DNA of 64,000 bases, taken from assembly GCA_000320545.1 (NCBI GenBank), contig ADNK01001594.1:1-64000 (forward strand), written 5' to 3'. A model generated the notes under the pieces. The model ran no database searches and was not told the origin of the DNA. It worked only from the letters and a program-made list of their open reading frames with translations. Position numbers and translations under genes: made by a program. Origin of the DNA: Bigelowiella natans CCMP2755. Taxonomy: Eukaryota > Protista > Cercozoa. Below, piece by piece: positions 51,817 to 64,000 of the stretch; within the stretch, counting starts at the first letter, position 1; each line of letters starts with the position of its first letter.

Positions 51817-53569
51817 ATCGTAGTAGCACGGTGACTAGACGTGGGTTTTTCACAACAAAGCAACATGTCTTTTAAAGACGCACATAGGCCTTTCATTTGG
51901 GGAGGTTCCCCCCCCCTGTAGTTCCCCACCCTTCTCATGGAAAAAGACGTCTCCAAGTGTGATTCCTGTGAGGTAATAATGTGAAATACAGCTTCGTCGT
52001 CCTTGGTGGGGGGGAGGGGTTAGGGTAATTCCACATTCATATCCTCCCCCCCCCCCCCCCCCCGCACACATACATAATACAAGTTAAGCTTAATTATCGT
52101 ACTACCACTAATTCGATTGGGCAGATCTCAAAGTTTTAATACTAATACTACACGGAAAAGTCTTTCCTTCTTCGGAACAGCAGCAGCAGAGGCAGCAGCA
52201 GATAACACTGATGCCAACGATACCAACAACCACGAGCATAATCAAGAGAAAAAAGAAGAATGGGAAAAAGAACCCGAAGTAATAAAGGAGAAGGAGAGGG
52301 GGGAGGAGGAGGAAGAGAAGCCAACAGAAGGAGATGATAGTGATGTACACAGAGGCGATTTGACACCAGCTGTAACTGCGGAAGATGGAGATAACCGTGA
52401 AACGGTTGAGGGAGAGGGGGGGGACGAAGGGGAAGGAGAAGACGCGAAAAGTAATGCCGAGAAAGAATCAAGAGCGGATCCAGGGGCGCAAGTAGCGTCA
52501 TCACTAATTTCTCAGCACAACGATGATCTACCAAATAAAGAGTCGAAAGAAGAAGGAAAAACAGAAAGAGAAAGCGAATATGATAATGATAAACGGGAAA
52601 ATGATGATGAGGAAGATAATGATGATGATGGCGACAACTCTCCTCAAACTCGCAATAAGAACACCATCACCACCACTGAGACGACAAAGACGGAACCCCC
52701 CCTGGATATAAAGGAGCAGAAACCTGAGCAATCAGCTTCTTCGCAGGGAGGAGAGAAACAGCAACAAGATAACAATGAACAAGAGCAGCAAAACGAGCAT
52801 GAAGAAGAGAAGAAGCAGGAGGCGAATGAGAGGGAGGAGGAGAAGGGGGTTAAGCAGGAGCAGGTGGAAGAGGAAGAGGGGAGAAGAAGCGAGCCAGAGG
52901 AGGAGAAGGAGAGAGAAATAGAGGAGGACAAGAATGAGGAACTAATGCAACCCAGTCGTTCTTCGTCATCCACAGCGACGAATGGGGAACATAAATGGGA
53001 TAACGCCAACAATCTTACGGTGGTGGAAAAAGAGGAGGGGAAAGATATCAGAGAAGAGGAGGAGAAGGAGACGAAAGGGCTAGATGCAGTAATTGAAGAC
53101 GTTCCCTCCGCTGCTGACACTGTAGCTGGTAGTATAAGGAAAGAAAATACCCAATATGACGATGGCAACAACGAGAAGATGACCGCCGCTCCTAAGTTGA
53201 AGGAAGCGAGGGAGAAGGAGGAAGCACAAGAACAAGGAGAAGGAAAAGAAGATGTTACTCCGATAGCAGGGTCCTCCTCCCTCCAAGACAATGATGATGC
53301 TACGATATACAATCGACGAGATGATGAACCCTTGCAGAGTAACGAATCGAAGACACCCGTCGGTGCTATCATTGAGGAGAGGGAGGGGGGTGGGGGCGAT
53401 GCCAACGGCAGCACTAACACTGGCAGCGACAATACCCTCCCTTCACCTCTGGTAAAGTTGTCATCTCAGCAGAAGTTGCAGATGATCAAAAACTGGAAGC
53501 CGACATCAGAGGTTGTCGAGGTGGTCCAAACTAACTTTTGCTCGTGATGGAACGATGGATGACGATGAC

Positions 53570-53603
<34 letters not shown>

Positions 53604-54965
53604 GTGTATCTATCATGCTATAATAGTAGCTGTGATGGTACAGTAGATAACTAAGTCTGCCGCCTCTTTCTATTATTTCAAGGATGAGTCTAAGGAGCCA
53701 TTGCAGCAGGAACAGCAGCAGCTAGTAGCGGAGAAGAACGAATCTTCGCATAGTCTCTCGACGTCGTCAGTAGCAAACGTCCAAGCCAACAAAAGGAAAC
53801 AAGCTTCCACCGTGGAAGCCAGTAAAGGAAAAGAGGAGATGTGGGGTAAGGAGGAGGAGGAGGAGAAGGTGGAGACGAAGAAATACAAGAGAAGTTACGC
53901 CGTCTCGGAATGGAGTAGGCACTCACACAAAGGCGTTTGGGTACTACTCGAAACATGCCCGTGCGCTTGAAACCCTCACGTCACGCAAGTAGATGTACGA
54001 TAACAGGCATCATCATCACCATTAAATCCTTTTTTCCATCATCTTATTCAGTACTACTATAACAAAATCACCAAACGCTCACAATGGGAGCAGCCAAAGG
54101 GGTGGAAGGAGCCTGAACCAAGAAAGGTCTTCTGTGCATAAAATATAGTCCTGTGAGCAGAGAAAGCTCATCAAAATTTGTAGTAGTAGTAGTCGTCGTC
54201 CATAGATTGATGGTGGTGCTGGTAGTGGCAATGATGATGATAATGATGATGGAGATAGACTGTATGGTTTGTTTCCACTTCTCATTTGTCAAGGTCACAA
54301 CGAAGGGGTGAACATCGTGTTTTTGCTCTATATTTTTCTCCACAAAAAGAAGAAACAGAAATCGTTTCGATAGAAAAGAGACTATAGCCTTTCCCTCCTC
54401 TCAAACAACGAACCCACAGTGGTGTACAACACACATTCATCCTCAGAAATTGTTGTTACATACAATAATTGACTCGATGTTGCCCCCGACTCCTCCTTAC
54501 CCCCTTCCCTCCCCTCCTACAACAATCAATCCTCAAACACAGTTTGTGCGACGGACGCAGTCATTGGCGACATTGGATATGAAGAGGAAGAAGCAGGGCA
54601 GCATCAGCAAGCTCTCGTCTCCCTCCTCCCTGGCCTCTAGAAAATGGGCGGCAAACAGCCTTTACTCCAAACCCACAATAAGCTCTCAACGCAAGATGAA
54701 GAACAGGAACAACACTCTGTCAGTTACTTCTACTCGTAAGAACAAAGCAGTTACTACAAGTAATGGTTTAAGGCGCCACAGCAGTAGCAACAGCAGCAGC
54801 AGTTCTTCGAGCGTAAGTACCACCAATAGCCTTGGAAGAGGGGGAAGAATGTTGTCCAGAACCCAGTCTTCCATTGAAGTATTGTCGTCGCCATCGTCTT
54901 CGTCGTCGTCGTCACTTACATCAAAGATCCCTCGGGCTGCAGCACCGACATCTCCGAGAAAGTGA
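46934..54965 (+). CDS. Putative N-acylated protein with degenerate alpha/beta-hydrolase domain, long acidic disordered region and Ser/basic tail; multi-exon
   Basis: Twelve consecutive exons splice in phase from MGQTQCC (46934): TPIVMCFPG, EKYGFVVMVPDL, LGNIY, WSFTVL..VF, FRVYGLEEGAEFALRL, RAVIAYGENYT, YPAGV, CGW. Large Glu-rich exon 52117-53520; last exon ends at TGA 54965. Confidence 0.7.
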
Positions 54966-55095
54966 GATTTTTTTTAGAAAAGTATGGACGGCATTGTAGT
55001 TGGCCAGAGCCATTCAAGTTTCATCACATTTGTTGATTTTCCCATCGGGAAACAGCATCAGCTCATCCTCTTGAGAATACACACTTATAAAATAC

Positions 55096-55159
<64 letters not shown>

Positions 55160-56169
55160 AATAAATACACCCTGTTGCCAGAATGGATTGAAATTTGTTC
55201 CTTTCGTGCCTACTACTCCCTCAAAAATGAAGAAAAACTAATTTTCCAACAGAAGATTTGTCAACATGGTTTCATTATTTTGCGCTGCATCATCATCAGA
55301 GCTCGCCGGAGCTCCATTGTTAAAAGGCTCACTAGTTTTTCCATCTTGCTTCTCACTGACAAATTTGAAAAGGTATTATAAGTTATAATCGGTATTAGTA
55401 TCGATAGACATGACCCTACTCCGACAGTTGCTTCTTTCTCACACATTACAAGATGATCTATCATATCAATCATCAATACCCCAGAGACTTCACAGACCGT
55501 GCTGAGCCCGTTTGTTATAATGTTTGCAGCTTGAACGGGGGGGTACCATCTCAGAAAGCGTGGCAGAAGAGGAAGTCAGGAAATTTCTCTTGAAGGTAAA
55601 TATTATCCTCTCATTGAAACTGTTCCCCATAGGCTATATCCTCAGTATGGGACGAAAAAAGAGAGTATGAAACTCATTCATGGGAGATCCGTCATAAACA
55701 GTAGTAATCATACAGGTGAAACCAGAGCATGCCGCCGATCGACACTGGGCAAAGAGTAAGGCACGAGAGCTCATGGTAGGAAAAGGAAAAAGAATACACT
55801 TTCAAAACTGGTAATACTACACTGTAGCCGACTTATATTGTTCGGTCAGTAGTTCCTAAGATGCCAGGTTTAAACAACTCAAAAACTAACAAATTAGGTG
55901 TGAATTGTTCGAGAATTTATCAAAATCGCTCGGAATTACATTGCAGAAACTTCAATATTATCTCCAACAGAACTATGGATGATGCAGAAACGTGTAAAAT
56001 TATGGGATTACCAACCACTGTAGCAATTACGTTTTCACGGTGTGGTCAGCATAATAGTTGTGCATAGTCAATAAAACGCTGTGAAAATTGAAAAGGAACG
56101 CGCAGAAATGTCTGGATTTCTAGATGTCAAGCGATGTGTCTTCCAGTCGTCAAATTGCTTTTACTAGGT

Positions 56170-56720
56170 GTTTGATGAATCATCAGCCAACGTACGACCA
56201 CCACCAATACCAGCCATCAGGCCTGCATGTGCCTTGTGTAACAAGCGCTGTAGCCACACAGCGAAGCTCGTTATACCTAGATACTGTCATACTAGCATAG
56301 CGCATCATCTTGCATGCACATCTAGACATCGTCTAGATCGTGTGCTGCGCTACAATGCAAATAAAGGGGATCAAGTTATGGAAGCAGTAACTTGCTAGCT
56401 TGCCATGCTAGCCGGAGCATGCACAATTCATCGACTGATGCAACTAGTTAGCTAGCTAGCACGACATGCACAAGCTAGCAAGGCACATCCATTTATACCA
56501 CGCACGTTAGACAAGCAATTTATATAGCGTTGTAGTCGTCACATTTGGACAGTCATCACATGCATGCATCACAGGACACAAAACTAAAACGCGCTGATCG
56601 AGCCATGCCAGCATGCATGCAAGTCAAATTGTCGAGGACATTGCACAGCAAGATCATGAACAACAAGCAAGGTAGCAAGGCTCTTTTCCCATTCTAGCAT
56701 TGTCAACGCAGTTTTCCCAC
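56170..56720. other. Palindrome-word-rich intergenic tract
   Basis: TAGCTAGCTAGC, GCATGCATGC, TCTAGA, ACTAGT words between the convergent ends at 54965 and 56839. Confidence 0.7.
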
Positions 56721-56838
56721 AAATCGGGAACTGACTAGGAGTTGTGAAAACCATGAGTAACCAACGCTGAAAAATACTGATAAGATTGCTGTGGATCACA
56801 CTTTTGATCATACATTTGTCACAGTTATAATTACATCA

Positions 56839-59800
56839 CTAAACATTGTTTGATTTTAAGGTGAAAGCACTTGAAGATGATGCTGTTGTCCTCCTTTCAA
56901 ATGCGCCGGTAGTTGCAACTACAGCAGAGCTGCTAACACTAGAGGAAAGTGTTTTTCTCTGATGAAATCTGCCCAAGTTTGAGGTGCTTGTGCCAGCTTG
57001 ACTGATTCTATGAACTATTGATGGGGATCGGACAGAATTTCTCCCAGAAAAAGAGATCTCTGCTTTGTACTCAGAGGGAGCCATGATTTTACTCTGTGCT
57101 CGGCTGTGCGCTCGGCTTTGGCTTCTGCTCATTCTACTAATCTTTCGACTCTCTGCTTCTGCACGAGCATCTCTTAGAGTTGCTGTCTTTTGCAGTAGAA
57201 AATGTTTTGCGAAATACTCTGGATCTTTTTCACTGTAAATTACGAAATAGAACGAAACTCCAAGTACTATAAAAACACAGCATGCAATGACAAGAACTAG
57301 ATTTGAAAAAGCCTCCACGACATTACTCGACACTGTTCCATGGTTAAGATGTAAAAAATTGATAAACTCGAGGATACTAGTGAGAATAATGAGGAATAGT
57401 AAAAGTATTTGTACGGGGAATTTCCATCGCATATGTCGAACATGAGGCCGGAACCAGCAGAGGGTGGACATGAAAGCAATCGTCGCAACTGTATTCAACA
57501 CTAACTTGGAGATTTGAGTTTCATCAGAAAATGTCGAGAGATACACTCGCGTAGTGCAAAGGGTAAATGAAAGTGCCATTTGACAATGAAGTATCCAGTA
57601 GTATTCCGGTAAGTAATCGTCTCCAAAGAATCTGGATAGGACAACGTCTTAATGATAATTACTATTAGCAATATTTCAAACACTACTTTTTGTAGTTTAC
57701 TGAGCTTATTTTCGTGGAATGTTTCGACGATTCTTCGCCATAAAACACACCCCGCAGTTTAAAATAAGTCCACACTGGAAAACTAGAAGATAGTTAAAGT
57801 ACATTGAGACACAAGCAAACAACAGAACTAGATGAAAACAAGCACCCGATGCTATCGAAAACTAAGACAAGGACGCTCAGAATAAGAAGAGGTGTATGTT
57901 CTGGGCCTGATATTATTTTCAACATGAAGAGTTGTGTAGATTAGGTTTAATATATTCAGAATAACCAACCTAAACATTCAATGTTTGGATTTGCCCACAT
58001 CACAGTTGTGTCATCACCCTGAAAGGTCATATTATCTCAACACATTTCCATGAAAATTTTCATGATATGAATCACGATCACAACCTCGTCATTAGAAGGT
58101 ATGCAGTAGCAAATTGAAATCGCCAAGAAAGCCGTTGGAGTATACGTGAAAATAAGGAACGTATACATTAAACTTCGAATTTGTTTAACGTCAATGCAGC
58201 GGCCGAAACAACAGTTGTCACTAAAGATCAAAATGTGGACTTCTCACGTATAAAATCAGATAAGAATAATTCTGCTAATAGTTTTATTTACAGAAAAAAT
58301 GTCGATATGTATTTGTTTAGCAATGCGATGACGATCACTGCAAAAAGAACCAGCGTGAATAATGTATACCTAAGAACATAGGTATAGAGATGTAATAAAC
58401 ACGGAGAATGCGACATTACAGCACAGATTCACTAACTCGAGTCCAAATAAATCAGTCTCATTAGAGAAGCATTCTGGTCCTACTGCTTCAAATTGCAAAG
58501 AGAGAACTCGCAGCCTATTCAATATAGTAATAAATCAACAATCTCATTTCCAAGTGGAGATCTGTGACCATGAAAATACTGCCGCAAATGCGGACGAGGT
58601 TGCTCCTGCCGTACTCACAGTCAGGGTGAATAATTGCAGCAACAAGATACCTGGGTTATTGGGTTATGAAATTATGAAAAACTTAGTGTCTTCTATCAAT
58701 AAATGCAGAAATTGAACGTACTCCAGATAGCAAAATCTTTTGCAAGCCACTTGAGTAATTCATTTTTCTCCTCTTTACTTCTCCCAACAATCACGGGACT
58801 TGCAATAACACATGTATATGCGATAACAAAGAGAAATGCTGCAATACAAACCTGAAAGAAGGGAAATTAGATATCCAAAATAGGGCTAGACTCGCTTTAT
58901 AAATTGTTACCAGAATAGCCACTGTATACCCAGCCCCCGAGTTGTCGGGGCATTTGACACACTCACCAAGCTGCTCGAAGAAACCATCAGCACAAGAAGC
59001 ACACAAGGTGTCTGCATACCTGTTGTCATGTTATAAAAAAATAGGCACAACTCTACATATGTTATACTACCCATTCCCACACAGGGCTTGCGAATTCGGA
59101 ATATCCCACCCCTGGCACCGTACCTACAAAGTAATTTAGTTCTCAACCAAAATAGCTATGACCATCAGTCTCTATACGACCGTAGGAGGTGCGGGACATC
59201 TAATTACACTTCCCAGCCTTTCACTAGAGGTCCAGTATCCTGTAATATAAAAATTTGGTTACTTTCTTTTTTTAATGTGTTCGGGGTTTACCTTTAATTG
59301 GCCACATGCGAAAGCCCCCGGGACACAAGGCGTTTGGGTCACAGCGAACACAGTTGTCTCCAGTACCGAAGGCGCAATTTGATTGATCCGCTAAAAAATA
59401 TCTTCTTAATGAATATTTTTTGTAAAGGACAATCTACAATAAATGGATGAAAGCACTGGAGCATTATATGTGTAAATTTATTACTTTCTTCAATGTTGGC
59501 GCATTCTTCTGGAGGGGTGAAAGCGAATCCGTTGCTTATACTACTACAGCTCGGAGTGTAGAAAAACTATGTACCATTTACACTCAAATTACTGAATTGA
59601 AAATAGCAAACAAACATAAGATGGAGCACCCCCTGTCCCTCTAAAGGACAAGAACCAGGACAAACGACACTGCAGAAATTAAACTAAGGTTTGGAATAAA
59701 GCTAAAGTTGAAAATCAAGGTATTTACGATCCTCCGCCAATCTCAGTGCTAAGTAATCCATCTGAATTCCTAATTCTGATAGATTGGTACCTGATCGACC

Positions 59801-62800
59801 AACAATCAGACCTACATGACATGGCTTTTGTTCTTATCTATACCCGCATTCCTCCCCGTTATTGATATCAATATTGGGGCAGAGTTCTTCAAATTGGGGC
59901 GTTAAAAAAGTCACATTGTTCGGATTACCTTCGCATGTCAAGACACCGCAAAAATATTTTATTTAGGTTTTTGGAATCAATCATATAATTTTGAAATTTG
60001 GAAATTATGCATGCTTACATGACAAAGTCTCACAGGGCACGTCTCCGACGAAAACCTAATGTAGTACTGTGGTCAAAGATAGAATTTATGTTACCCAGGG
60101 TAAATAGCTTTGACCTGCGGACATAAATCACCTGCCTCGTCACCCAAAACTCCAGTAAGGGTACTATCTGCAATTGCTGTGACTATTGTACTCGTCGATA
60201 ATGTTACTACGAATACTCCATCACTTCCTGTGGTGTATCTTGTACGGTTCGCTGACTAAATTTATAAGAAGATGGTGAGAGAGTAAAGGAGTGGTTAGAA
60301 TGAGTGATACCCCGCCAATTTGAAATTCTCTTATGAAGGGCCATGCCTTCTCTTGAATGCGAATATCGAGTTGGAAGGAAGAAGGTATGCCCCCAACCAC
60401 AGAAAGATCGGTTGCAATACCTGGATAAAGTTGGAATAAGTCAAGCCTAGTTCAATACCTAATGACCTTTAGAAGAACTCACATTCTACAACCCCTACAC
60501 GTTGAGCCTGATCTACTGTATATAACGCAGCCACCTCGATAACAGCTATCCTAGAATTTTCTGGGTCGCCGCAATCTAATTTTTTGTTCATCAGTTGAGA
60601 TGCATTTTAAAGTTCTACTACTTACATCCGTTTCCAAGCTCCTCATAGCAGGGAAATTCGCAACCGTATCTTTGAGTCGCAAGGATAGTAATATAAAATT
60701 GTGCATGACTCTTGATGAATACAAAAAGCACATACCCTACAGCTGTATTTGGATCCAATATGCCATTCGCACTTAAGAATTGTTCGTTGCAAATAATTGA
60801 AGTATCTAGTGTACCATTGTAGATTGTTACTAACCCACCTAACAAGTCATAGGTACATTACTGGCTTGGGAAATTTTCAAACGAGACTGTTGATTGTAAT
60901 TCGCCCGTTACCATTACAGCTAATTCGGGTAGAAAAAGGAGGACTTGCAATTAAATGATCGCAGGCCCATCTTGTTGGATCCTCTCCTACGTATTTTAAA
61001 TAAAATGTGTACACTTAGCTCCCAAATTATGATCATGGGATATCAAAACTAAAATATCGAACAGTATTTTCACGTGATTATATGAATGAACCGCTTTGGA
61101 ACAGTTCTTGGCGCCAAATACAACTACTATTACGAAGAAAAATACTAACCTGTCAGTGTGAAGGAATTGCGTCCAAAAATCCTTACCGACTCGTCAGCCC
61201 CTTCACACGTGAGCTGCAATTTTAGTGCATCAGATATGATCTCAAGCTAATATACATCAAATTGACCTGGATTGTATTTGGTGATACATTTTGGACAAAG
61301 AATCGTCCAATACTATCATCCTGAGTTAGATGAATCAATGTCAACAAAACTCATTTTAAAACTCAAATAGTCTACATACGTCAGTGACAAAGTTAGAAGG
61401 TCCAAATGGCGGAAAGTCCTCTTCTGCCAGGATTGTTACCCTAGAAGATTTTTCACTTATTAATATTTGCTATTCAATAGGATTTATGTCATCGTCAAAC
61501 CCAATTGGGTAGAGCAAGTTTCCAAGGGTCATAGTTGTTGGAGAACCTGTGGGAAAATTACATCTCTATCATTCTCCGAGCATGGTGAAACAGCATTTCA
61601 TGCACAGGATCTCCATACTTGTCGGTGATTGTGTTGTTGGAGAAACTGTTGTAGGAGATTGGGTTGCACTGAATAGAAAGCCCAAGCCTTCGGACTACAT
61701 GTAGGGGTATTCATGAGTAATGCAAATGCACTCTTAAATAAAATAGGAAGTAGTTTACAGTTGCAATGTACAGAGTGTCTGAAGGCTCGTTATAGAAGAA
61801 ATCCTGAATTATGTACATGAAGTCATTTTTATTTTGACCCGTTGGTTATTTCCTCCAAATCACCGTAATTGCCGTAATATTTGCATCTCTTGCAGGCTAG
61901 AAAATATGGAAAAAGTCAGGTTAATTTTAACAAATCTGTAACACTAGAAGATCTCACTTGAATTTGGGATGGATTCTCCAAAATGAAGCTGGATAAGGGA
62001 AACATTTGAACTTCATTCCAAAAATGGTAAAGGTTTTGTTTATGATATTTTATTGTAGTTGATAAATTGACCTGGGTGGCACTATTACATTTCCAGGTGC
62101 TGAATGAAAAGAAGATCTGGTATGAATGATAAACATAAATTTGATAAATAGGAATGTACCGTCCCCAGCAATTGACCGGACGTCGAGAGTTTCAATATTG
62201 ATACGCCGGACTATATTCCTACCCTCTCTTGTCTAAAAACCCGGAAAATGCGTATAATTGTAGTACAACTTTTTGATTCAGTTTTGTACCGTGTCAGCGA
62301 CAAATAGTAATTGCAGGTCAACAATGGCCACATACTCAATAATGGTCGGATTTCGGAATCTAAGTAATATCCGTACCATAACTTCAGAACTTCGTAATAA
62401 GTTTGCTTAAATGTGTACGTTGCAAAAGAGCCAATGCCATCAGAAATCAAATCACTATTCGTAGTGTCTGATTCAAAGAGCGGTGTCACCAATGAGCCTA
62501 GAGCATTAGTCACGGAACTGTTCAAGCTGAAAATTGCGCCGAAACCAGTACTATTTACTGAAAATCCTGCGCTGAAATACCTGTACACCATATACTCAAT
62601 TATTATTTCCATTTTCATTTGACAAAGTCAACTACAGGGAATTATTGCTTATTGTAATGCTTCTTAAAGTTCCCCCAGAGCTAGCATCCAGAAGAGAATT
62701 AAAGCTCGAGGATGAGAGTACGGTGGTAACCTGATTCAATTGCTTCAAAAAACCGAAATTTGCAATAAACGGAATTCTACCTCCATACTTGTAGCCCTCA

Positions 62801-63761
62801 AGTCAACCCGTCTGATTCTTACTCTCTCAAGTAAGAAACAATAATCGAAGAAAGGATCTGTCGCGATAGAGAATATTTCTTCACCACTTGCACTAGTAGC
62901 AGGTCCATCTTGAAGCCCTCCGCCAAGTCCTGAAGAGCCACTTCCATCTCCTTCCGGGAATACGTTAACCACATTCTGAAAAATATACAAATTTCATAAT
63001 ATGATTCATACTAGAATCGTCTTCCTCACAACCAATGGATCTTCGAGGTCAAATAAACTGATTCCGAAGTCCTACACAACAGTATTAACAGTCCCATGAT
63101 CGCAGGCGAAGAGGATATTATCTGCATGTTTACAATATCTGAGTTTATTGCAAACAGTTTGGAGCGTTCTTTATTGATAAAATCAATTTCACTCAGCCGA
63201 GCCATAGAATCGATGTTGATGATGTCCTCATCTGCGACTTCGAGTCCGCCATTCAAGTCAATTGCTCCAATTCTCCCAGAAGAAGATAAAGTGGTCTGAT
63301 TACATTTTGAAATCATCTATCCTCATTGGGACAAAATTTTACATGTTCAGTAACCTCATGAAAGAATAACTGGTTCGACTGTGGCTTCAACGAAAACTTG
63401 GCATTGTTAACTTTCCATGTCAAAGAAAATTATGTATAAAGTTACGAAATTTGGGCCTCATAACATTATCTCCTACGATTTAGCTGTTGGCCCGTCGTCT
63501 GATTGATCAGTTCAGATGCCTTTCTGAACACCTGAAATCGTGGCAAAGCACCATGCAGATCATCCACGTTCATGAACTTCAATTGCAAGATCAATCTTAC
63601 ATTTGAACATTGAATGATTAACTTTGCGTTGTTGCCCGCACACGCCACCGAAAATAAACGTATGTAGTAATCGTGATAGTGTTGAACTTTATTACCAGGT
63701 TATCATCGACAAAAAGGCAGTCAACAGCTAGCACGCATGTCAGCAGGAGGGTAAGCTCCAT
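56839..63761 (-). CDS. Large signal-peptide, Cys-rich, multi-pass membrane protein (receptor-like); many short introns
   Basis: Candidate start MELTLLLTCVLAVDC at 63761; T-x-S-P-T repeats near 61620-61670; Cys-rich modules (CASCADGFFEQLGECVKCP); several hydrophobic helices in 57230-58900; Ser/Arg-rich cytosolic tail. Not all exons traced, so it could be two genes. Confidence 0.6.
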
Positions 63762-64000
63762 TTTCCTCTCTCGCTACAAGCGGTTTTAAGCGTGTAGTAT
63801 GCACTTTTTTAGTTGTCGCAGATCAGAATATCAAAGGATTCGTACGGAACGTTCATTTTTAAGTTGTCGCAGACCAGAGCATCCAAGGACGACTCGTGCC
63901 ACCTTCCTTCTTCCTCAGACTGGGAAGTTAGTGCTCGAGGGAAGCACCTTCGTTTCTCTCGGATTCCACTAATCCCCTCGAAACCATGCCAATAGTTGTA

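Larger units (their letters stand above)
26620..55160. repeat. Domain of very dense intronic microsatellites ((CAT)n, (TAG/TAC)n, (CCT)n, (TA)n, (CA)n, (GA)n)
   Basis: Most introns of RPC2 and of the two following genes contain one or more simple repeats. Confidence 0.9.

Noticed and set aside
26589-55381. Dozens of short ORFs with poly-I/H/S/V/Y/M or CV/TH/IY runs
   Set aside because: Translations of intronic microsatellites or antisense frames of low-complexity exons.
55180-56100. Possible small gene or gene fragment between the last two genes
   Set aside because: Only short ORFs, with no recognisable motifs or consistent exon chain.

Overview
Eukaryotic nuclear DNA, intron-rich with many microsatellites. 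The plastid class I aldolase has a signal + transit leader typical of a secondary-plastid alga, most likely a chlorarachniophyte (Bigelowiella-like; inference). I can trace about 12 host genes: a partial gene at the left edge, a bacterial-type TIR protein with a C-terminal anchor, a secreted DUF4185-like protein, ARL6IP4/SR-25, RPB11, an orphan, a TKL kinase, plastid FBA, RPC2 (about 36 exons), a coiled-coil protein, an acylated pseudo-alpha/beta-hydrolase and a Cys-rich multi-pass membrane protein. There is also one intact Ty3/gypsy LTR retrotransposon (4161-9876) with identical 326-bp LTRs, a 4-bp TSD and a single 1657-aa ORF. Two observations stand out. (1) The polyprotein ends, after a compacted integrase and its SH3 module, in a degenerate Dam/DIRS-type N6-adenine methyltransferase-like domain, where chromoviruses carry a chromodomain. 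(2) A tract rich in short palindromes (GCTAGC, GCATGC, TGCA, CACGTG) occupies all 7 intergenic intervals that contain a gene 3' end and none of the 4 divergent intervals, and the retrotransposon sits inside one of these tracts. All domain calls are by-eye motif recognition, not database searches.
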